Below are positions 54,770 to 64,000 of a stretch of 64,000 bases of DNA, one piece after another (the stretch's first letter is position 1; the number at the start of each line of letters is the position of its first letter). The DNA is from the human T2T-CHM13v2.0 reference genome, Homo sapiens, in the NCBI RefSeq assembly GCF_009914755.1, contig NC_060940.1; one strand, given 5' to 3'. The notes beneath the pieces are model-generated. The model saw only the letters and a program-made list of their open reading frames with translations. It was not told where the DNA came from and searched no databases. Made by a program: the position numbers and the translations under genes.

Positions 54770-54990
54770 GGACAGAACAATAACAATCATCGTTTCCACT
54801 CACCAGGGGCTTGCCCTGCAGAAGACATTGTGCCTGGTCCATTACACACACACCACAGTCTCGTTGCATCCCCCTGTAACCCTGTGAGGTAGCTGCTATC
54901 ATTGTACACATTCTTAGATGGGGGAACTGAGGCTCAGGCAAGTAAAATGACTTGCTCCAGATTAGGGAAGTGGTAGGGAGTCAAGAGGGG
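54770..54990 (-). mobile_element. MIR SINE
   Basis: aaccctgtgaggtag...agatgggggaactgaggctcag...tgacttgc. Confidence 0.7.
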
Positions 54991-56539
54991 CTAAGGCCTG
55001 AGTCCGTCTCATTCTCAGAGCGACACCCATAAGCATGGGCTGCCTGCCCATGGAAACTCATAAAGTAGAGACACTTAAGACATAGGCGGCCCCCGGCGGT
55101 GGCTCCTGCCTGCAGTGGCCCAGTTGCATAAACACTGAGAGAAGGCTGCCGAATTTCACTCTAAGGGGTTGTTGGAACAAAGTTGAAATGTGGTCCAAAA
55201 CAGCTTCATCATCATTAGTGAATGTGCTGTGGGTTAGCTTTTTATTTTCTCAGGGGATTTGTTTGGGGCCAGCCTATGTCTCCATGTTCTTACTTCGCGA
55301 GCTGAGTAAGTTGATATCTGCAATTTAAGAAGAGCCTGGTTTTGATAGGAAGTTGATTTGATTACCATTTTATAAGATTTTCTTGGTCTGGTCTTGATCC
55401 TGTGGATCTCTTGGTTTCAGTAATTTTGGGGTGGTGATCTATCCTCTGCCATTTAAGCCAAGTCACACTGATGTTGAGTCCACCCTGAAGAATGTGTCAG
55501 GATATTCTCATTCCAAGGAAATAGAAAAAGGCATTAAGTTCAAAATAGCACGTGATATTCCAAACCAAGACTTTGTTATGATCTTCTCGGGCAATAATAT
55601 GATTATCAGGTTTTTTTTTCACAGGCAAGTTGATTCTAAGGTCATTAATTTTATCTGTATCCAGTGGAAATTGTGTTCATTTTAAATTAAAATAAAATGA
55701 ACGGTGTCCATCTGTTTGTGGAAACCTGATCTACTAAGGTTGATATAATCAGGCTATTTACAAGTTCACTGTGGGTCAGACAACAGTATTTATATTCATG
55801 CACACAGAAAATTCGATTAGATAGTGCCGAGGAAGAGCACACACCGATGGGCCGATTACCCTGAATTCAGGCAGCTCAGATTCTCCATTCGCTTGAATGT
55901 CATATTAGCTGGGGATATCCCTTTTGTGACGCAGAATCTTGCAGCGAAACAGTTGGGTGTAGCCTCCTGTGAGAAAGAAATGCTTGCAGCAGGGATTTTC
56001 CAGGCCGGCATCTCAATTGCACAGAAAAACATTTTGGGAATGTTTCCATCAGCCCGGCAGTCTGAAGGTTTGAGCGGAATGGTGAGAAGGTTCTAACCAG
56101 GCGTCCTTGGGGGTGGAGGATGATGGGCCAGGGCAGCTGCACAATGTCTGGCTGTTCAGGGGGTCTTGAAACCAATGTCTGCAGGCCCTGCGGGGATGGA
56201 TGCACACAAGGGCCGTTTGAAGCACAGATCTGCTCAATCATTGTTTTCTGCTGGGAGTGAGAGAAGGGCACTCCACATCTCTGCTCAAGAATCCTTCATG
56301 CTTCGCTGTTGCTTTTAGGAAACACTCCTTGTTCTGATCAGGACTACAGGGCTAGGTATGTTTCTGTCTGGCCCTGCCTCTCCCACTCTTACTGCACCTC
56401 GGAGCTCCTTAACTGCTCCTACCCTGCGTCCTGTTTCCTTTTCTCAGCTGGAGCCTCCTCCCTACCACCTGAGGCCCGCAGTTCCTGCTAAGAGCAAGAC
56501 TAAGCTTCCCTCCTGCCTTCACTCACTCATTCCTAATTC

Positions 56540-56790
56540 CCTCCGCCTCATCTTCAGTGCCACCTCCACTGGACCTTCCATGACCATTCCCCCACCACAG
56601 GACAGTCATTCTCTTTATGAATGCACAGTTCATAGCATGTGATTCATAGCACAATTTACATGAAATAATAACCAACTGTCCATTGGTTGCTTTATGTCTC
56701 TCTACGTGCTCCGTGTGTACAACTCTGCCCCCAGCCCTGAGCACTGGGCCTGGATGTAGCAGGGACCACCATGTTATTGGTGAATGAGTG
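56540..56790 (+). mobile_element. L2 LINE 3' fragment
   Basis: ccccagccctgagcactgggcctggatgtagcaggg...tggtgaatgagtga. Confidence 0.55.
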
Positions 56791-57085
56791 ACAGAAACAA
56801 ACGATGGCAGTGAATGAAGCCGAAAGTAGTTCTCTAATTTGCACAGTAATCTCAGCCACCTTGAAAGGTCGTTTTTAGTGTCACTTCATTGTGAATTTGT
56901 CAGACGTGGAGCACATCCATCCAAACGGAAAGACGAAGCAAGGGCCGAAAGTACTTGCTCACCAGGGCAGCTTAGTGACCAGCATCGCTGGCCTTTTTGT
57001 GTCTCGTCAGAGCACACTGATTTGATGAGTCCCCGGCTTTCCTTAGTCTTGCCTGTTGGAGAGCTCCATCCTGTGCCGCCTCTGA

Positions 57086-57390
<305 letters not shown>

Positions 57391-57415
57391 TGGCCTCTTC
57401 TTTGAAACCAGTTAA

Positions 57416-57759
<344 letters not shown>

Positions 57760-58239
57760 TTTTTTTTTTTTTTAAGTTGCATACTTATCAGTCCGTGGGC
57801 TTATTTGTTTTGGGTGCTGAACCCCTCTGTTAAGTCTTGATGACTAAATAAACACAATTCAATTATGTACTATATATATAAGTATATTATTCTTGTGAAA
57901 AGCAGTGCCTTAACAGAAAAGTCTGAAGTTCCCCTTCCTCCACCCCCGACCCTGTTCCTACCCCATATCCCATCCTTCTAGGGTTTTTTCCTTTATATTT
58001 ACATTCAAACAGATGGTTCTATAGAAAGTATATGGTATAATTTTATGTGAGTTTCTTTATTTAAACATAAAAGGAATCCTGTCATATAGATCTTTCTGCA
58101 GTTTACTTCTTCACTCAGTGAGTCTTTTTGGAGATGTGTTTTGGAGATGTGCACGGTGGAGCCGTGTAACCTGTAACTTTCAGTGGCAGAGGGCTGTGAT
58201 TTCATAGGCCCAGCCAGTCTAACCACTCCAGCCCCTGAT

Positions 58240-58795
58240 CGGTGCCCCAGGCTGGTAGGATGCTCTTGGGACCCTCACACGCTTCTTCCATGAGTTGAGC
58301 TGTTTGTTTACCAAACCTGGTTACGCTGGTGAGAGGTGTTACTGGATTTACACAGTTTATTTGAAGATTACATAAACTTATGAAATATGAGCGTGAAGAG
58401 AGAACGGCTGTCTTTATGAAAGCTGAATGGAATGCTTAAGAAAGTCTCAGTGGAGTGGAGTGTCCCTACAAAACAACCGATGTTGTGGGTGAGAGAACTG
58501 TAAAAGAACAGGAAAAAGCTGTAATGATCAGACAGCCTTGAGGGGGTCTTCAGAGAAACAGAAGCTGCAGCTTGTCAATCAGGCATCAGGCATGCGTTTA
58601 TGTGAAAACGACCCAGAGGCCGTCTGCAAAGGGAAAGCCTCATCTCTACTACAAAAGATGGAGAACATATACACCTTTACATACTTTTAGCAAAAACGAA
58701 ATGTCTATTTCATGTTTTAATTTTCTCCTTTAATGGACTCCTTTGGGTTCACCACTCAGTCACTGGTTCTAATAACCAAAGACTGACCTTATTCT
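58240..58795 (+). mobile_element. Tigger15a-like TcMar-Tigger fossil
   Basis: aatatgagcgtgaagagagaa...tgtgggtgagagaactgtaaaaga...ctacaaaagatgg resembles my recall of the consensus; highly diverged. Confidence 0.55.
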
Positions 58796-59323
58796 GTTCA
58801 GCTGCCACATCACATTCCATAAAATGGTCGTGCCCCACCCTGGGTCGATGGATGTGAAGGCCCTTTCTCGCTTTTCACTCTTAAACACAGCCCAGGAACA
58901 AGCTGTCTTACCTGGGACTCTCAGTAGATGCTGAGAGGCAGACTTGCTGGGTGTGGCATTCCAAATTTTAAAAGCAGCAGGAGTTGGTTGATTTTGAAGT
59001 TGAAGACTCCTAGGCGGGGAGCTCTGTGAAAATGGGAGCCAAGTCTTTTACCTGTGAATGAGAATTAAAATGGGGGCCAACTATTAAATGCTCGGACACC
59101 CCACCAGTGCTTAGATCTGTTTGTCACGCAGGCATTTCTTGAGTCCCAGTTGTATGCTCTGTGAGGCACCGAGGGTGGGAGATTTGTAGCATGGCGTAGG
59201 TTGGGAGATTGGTAGCATGGCGTGCGTGATCTTGAGAGGCAGGTGAAACTGGCCTGCATCTGGGAATAGGGTCTGCAGGAGTGTGTTTTTCTGGACCTTC
59301 ATCTGAGGGTCGTATTCTCCATC

Positions 59324-59676
59324 TGTGTTAGATTGGGCTGCCATAACAAAACACCATAGACTGGGTGGCTTAAACCACAGGCATTTATTGTTTCAGAGTT
59401 CCAGGTCAAGGTGCTGGCCTGGCTGGGTTTGGGTGAGGGCCCTCTTCCTGGCTTGCAGACAGCCACCTTCTCACTGTGTCCTCACATGGTAGAGAAAGAG
59501 AGCACTCTGGCCTCTCTTCTTATGAGGACATTTATCCTGTCATGGGGGCCCCAACTTCATGACCTCCTCAAACCCTAATCACCTCCCAAAGGCCCCACCT
59601 CCACATACCATCACATTGCAGGGTCGGGGGTTCAACAGAGGAATTTCCGGGAGGCACAAACATACAATCCATAGCA
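59324..59676 (-). mobile_element. MaLR solo LTR (MLT1A0-like)
   Basis: gggctgccataacaaaacaccatagactgggtggcttaaac...ccaaaggccccacctcc...atccatagca; 5-bp TSD ccatc / ccgtc. Confidence 0.9.
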
Positions 59677-61207
59677 CCGTCCCTAGCACGGAAGAACAGA
59701 GAGAAGGAACGGTTTACATTGCAGCAGTATGTAGCTTGACTTGTGGCTTCACTCTCTGGGGGATTGTGAATTCTGCCCCAGGCCTAGCGAGAGGCCGCTT
59801 GGGAGCCAGTCCGTTCCACGGGGTGCTGGTCTGAGCCCTGCCCGCTGGAGCCCATGAGGTGGCAAGGGCCCAGGCCTGGCTGGTGGCACTGTGTGTCACT
59901 GCTTTTCTGCTGATGGCTTGCTGTGTGGCCTTGAAGTTGCTTCGCTCCAGGTGAGCGCATCTGAGAGGTGGGCTGGGTCTGACTTTGGGAATCTGAAGAC
60001 TGTGTGGTTCTGAGATGGCAAAGTGACACCTGTGGGCCAGCTTCCTGGCTGGAAGACACCCTCTCCTCCCTTCCCTAATCATGTCCAGTGCTACACGGCA
60101 GCCGGAGAGCGCTCTTTGTTGGTCCCGTGAGAACATTCAGAAACAATCATACCCACCCCTGTAGCTGGCTGCTTATTGCCAAGGCGTTGCATTGGCTAGT
60201 GTCCCCACATTGAAGTTCAGGGCCGCCCAGGGCTCCCTGCTGCGTCCTGGGCCAGCCTGTGACCTCCCTTTTCCAGCAGAGCAGCAGGACTGAGGGCGCT
60301 GAAAGGAAGGGGGGTCAGGGTCGTGGGGGTAAGATCTGACCCTTGGAGCCAGACAGCCTGTGTTCAATTCCTGGCTTTTATCTATGACCATGGGCTAGTC
60401 ACTTCCCCCCGTTCCTCAGTTTCCCCACCTAGAGCTAAGGTGAGGATAAAACAAGCTACTATCTTAGAACAGTGCCTGGCTTCTATATCAGGCCTAACAA
60501 AGGATGGGGATTTAATTTTCTGAAACAAAGAGAAATTTTTATTTGGCTCAGGCAGTCTTTCCTTCCAAGGAGATAACTAAGTTTGAGTCATTGTTTAAAA
60601 AATCAACTTCCACTAGTCCAGCTATGACCCCTGAAATGCCTTCCATTTCACCTTCTACTTTCTGTCTAAAGAAGAGGGTTTACTGAGCTAATTGCAGGTC
60701 TGAATCGTATTATCGGGAAAAGGTTTATCTTACTTGGGAGAACACAGCTATTTTAAGGAGCTTTAGCACATTTTTATTGCATCCACCTGGCATGAGAAAT
60801 CTCCATTGTGAGCCTCCTTGGGGTACCCATTCCCATTAGAAAACAGTTCATCAGCCCAGAAGAGGGGAAAGGAGAGAGAGAAGGAAGGGCAAACGCTGGA
60901 CACGCAGGGGTCCCCCCGCCCCAATTATCCATCATTTGTGGGGTTCCACATGCACCTAGTGCACAGTGAGTGTGAACTCACGGAGACAGACTCAAGTCAT
61001 GTGCACGCATCCCTTTTCAATGTGGGTGCTGGGCAGAGGGGTGGCTTCAGCTCTCAAATGAGACCGAGGCTGGAGGGTCATGCAAGTGAAAAATACTCAA
61101 TTTTTTAATTGCAAAGTCTCTTTGGTGCTATGTGTGTGGCGTGAACACGTGAGGGCATTATTTTGAAAGAATTACTGATAGGACTCTGTCTCATCCTCAG
61201 GGGGTAA

Positions 61208-61620
61208 GTGTGTGTGTGTGTGTGCGCGCACACAGGAAACCTCTTGTTTTTAAATATTTCCTTCTCCAAACAGCCTGCCGCTGACCTTCCCGGCCTCTGT
61301 GTGGCTCTCAGGCCACCTCCTTATTGCTATATCTTGGAGCCTAAGGACTTCTATTTCTGCTCTGGGTCCAGTGCAGGGTGCCAGGACCACCACAGGGGTG
61401 CATGTGTGCATGTGTGTGTGCCTGTGTGTGTGTGTGTATGTTTGAATATGTGTGGTGTATGGGTATTTGTATGTGTGTATATGTTTGTGGAATGTTGTGT
61501 GTATATGTGCATGGGTGTGTGTGCGTGTATTTGTGTATGTGTGGAGTGTTGCGTGTGTGCACGTGTGTGTGGAGAGGGTGTATGTGTGAGATGTGTGTAT
61601 GCCATGTGTGTGCGTGCATG
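61208..61620. repeat. (GT)8 plus long degenerate TG-rich tract (about 61397-61620)
   Basis: Directly visible. Confidence 0.9.
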
Positions 61621-63555
61621 GAGGGCTCTGCTTCCGGTTTCTGGGGTTGAGTAACTTTATGAGTGGTACTTAAAACCCTTCTGTTGTCCACAGGACAAAG
61701 TTCAACCCCTCATTTTTTTGGCAGAGAAGGCTGCCAAATAGGGGCCAGACTCAATCTTTTCATTTTCATCTCCTGCCAGTTCCTTACCAGACACCCTGTG
61801 CTCCAGCCACAAACGACCTTTTGCTGTTGCCCAAAAGAGCCCATGATCTTGTAAACTCCTAGACTCCTAGAAGATGCCAGGCCCACAGCCAGGGTTCCCC
61901 TTTCCGCTTTCCCTGCTCAGCTCATACTGGTGCGAAACTCTCCCAGGCCTGCCCTCCTCCCTGCAGGGTGCCTTAGCTTCTTCCATCCTTTGAGACAGGC
62001 TGACCACAGGTACTGTGGTGTTTGATTTAATGCATTCGTTATCTCAGGATTTGCTGCGCTTCTAGAGAAGTCCTGCAGACGAACCCGTCCTTGTATCACC
62101 AGCGCCTAGCATGGTGCCTGGAAGAGGGTGGGTGCTTGATGCTTCTCGCAGTGAAGGAGCAGAAGCTTAGGTTCTGTACTAAGATGATGCTTATATTGTG
62201 TAGCTAAAAGGGACCGTGCACACAACAGTGACAACATCAGTAATAACGTTTACTGAGCGTCTCCTGTGTGAAGAGTCCCTGTGCTCAGTGCTCTATGAAT
62301 GGCATTTAATCCACACAGCTTATGTGGCGAGCTCCAGCATCCTCCTCCATCTACAGATGGAAGCATGAGGCTGGAGAGAAGTGACTTGGTCCAGACCACA
62401 CAGCACGGGGCGGACCTGCGATGCTCACGGTAAAACTAGGGCAAGTTACTACTTGACTGATCTGCTTCTGTTCTAGAATCCGAACCCTCCTCAGCATTGT
62501 TTCCAAATGATGGTGGTTTTCAAGCTCCAAACGCCCAGCTTACCTGGGCATAGAAGCCTTCCTGCCGGCCCTCCCGTGGGCCCCAGGGTCTTTGCACAGG
62601 ATTTTCCACACACAGTACAAGTCTGGGTCTCGGCTGAATGAGCGAGCACGGGATTCCCACATGCCTGTAAGAGAATTGCTAAATTTGCTTCAAGCGGTGT
62701 CACCCCCTCACTGCAGGTAGATCTAGTGAACTCAGGGAGAATCCACCGTGACCTACATCAGAAGGAAGTGGGACGGGGCGGTGGGTGGGGAAAACGCAAA
62801 TGGCGCTCGCTGTGAATAGCAGTGTTGGAGAACATCACAGCCAGCAGTCGAGGATGAAAGGCATTTGATTTATAATAGACTCTCAAATTCACCCTGGTTC
62901 TTACGAGTTATCGTGTCTCCTGAAACCTCGTGGGGGCATCCTGCTGCTGGGGCCAGGAGGCAGGGAATGGCAGCCCAGGGAAATGAGGAATCCCGATCCT
63001 TTTCTCTGAGTCAAGAGAAGACAGACTTGCCCTACTTCTCCCATGGTGTCCTGGGAGAGCAGGAAGAAGGCATGGAGAAGGATGCCTTGTTCGCCGGTGG
63101 CAGAAGCTCCCTCTCAATGCCAGGCAGGACAGAGCCAGCATGTAGGGCGGCGGTCCCTTTAGCAAGAGGATGAACTGGGCTGGAGGTGCACTCAGAAATC
63201 CACCCAGAGGGAGTTTTCCTTTTCATGACAGTTTTCCTGAGGCTTGGTGGGGAAGGAGAAGAAGCTCTCAGTTGCAGGCGGTTCATTCATTCACCCATTA
63301 ATTCATCTAACTAATAGTTACTGAGGGTCTGTGTCCCAGGAACCGAAGAAAGCACAGGTTACAGCAATGAGCGAACACAGTTGTGTGTCTCCTGCCTGCA
63401 GGTAGCTGCGGCCTCGTGGAGAAAATTGAAGTCAGATGATTATCGTGCGGGGTGAGAAAGGAGGGTGAGAACCAAGTGCTGTTCACTCATCATTCATTCA
63501 TTCTCTTGTTCAGGGGGTGTGGAGCACTGGATGGGAGCTAGACATCCCTCTAGAC

Positions 63556-63754
63556 CTGTGCTGGCTGGAAGAGTAGCCGCTGCCATGTATGGCTATTTAC
63601 ATTGAATTAAAATTAGACCAAAGTAAAAATTCAGCTTGTGAGGCACGTAGCCACACTTCAGTGCTCCGTAGCCACGCGTGGCGAACAGCTCTTGTACTGG
63701 AGAGTGCCGATGTAGAACATTCCCTGCATCGCGAGAGCTCCCTGGATGGTGCTG
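63556..63754 (-). mobile_element. MER3 hAT-Charlie MITE
   Basis: ctctagac then ctgtgctg...atggctattta...tagccacacttcagtgctc...tagaacattcc; about 200 bp. Confidence 0.75.
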
Positions 63755-64000
63755 GGCTGCAAAGGCCACTCCCCCGGGAGTGCACAGCCTTGCGGTATTA
63801 AAGACCGGCACATATTCTGTGACAGTACAGGGCAGTCTGGGCTGGGATGTGGGCACACAGATGTGGGATGGCCGAGCCATGCCTGGGCTCCCGGAGGCAG
63901 GGAGGTTTCAATGGTGTTTAAGTCAAGTGAGGAGGATCTGGGGCAGAGGAGGAGAGGGATAGCATATCTGGTAGAGGGAAGCACATATGTCAAGGCCTGG

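Noticed and set aside
55675-55702. 10-bp inverted repeat gttcatttta / taaaatgaac
   Set aside because: Short and AT-rich; expected by chance and too small for a pre-miRNA
59176-59223. Two-copy short tandem duplications (also 57-135, 15859-15896, 50190-50220)
   Set aside because: Ordinary slippage duplications with no evident function
61208-61691. Cys/Val-rich and His/Thr-rich ORFs suggestive of metal-binding proteins
   Set aside because: Translation of TG-rich simple sequence; same for 15305-15767

Overview
This window is primate (very likely human) non-coding genomic DNA. I recognise no protein-coding exon, RNA gene or CRISPR array, and I cannot name the locus. It holds about 25 Alu/FLAM copies (many with readable target-site duplications, TSDs), many old MIR, L2 and L1M fragments, MaLR solo LTRs (MLT1 types), fossil DNA transposons (MER3, MER33, MER5A-type, MER81, MER94, Charlie4a, Tigger15a), microsatellites and one 31-bp minisatellite. 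L1 fragments lie almost all on the minus strand, which suggests the window is inside a long intron of a + strand gene. The best leads are: (1) an L1-derived 31-bp tandem array (33651-34121) that multiplies an NR5A/ERR site and a SMAD element at about three-helical-turn spacing; (2) microexon-like splice architectures at 61201-61203 (followed by UG repeats) and 26646-26659; (3) a candidate alternative promoter/first exon at about 12080-12290; (4) several unusual Alu structures. All are motif-level hypotheses, and the sequence alone does not demonstrate a new biological system. Repeat family names come from my recall of consensus sequences, and boundaries of old repeats are approximate.
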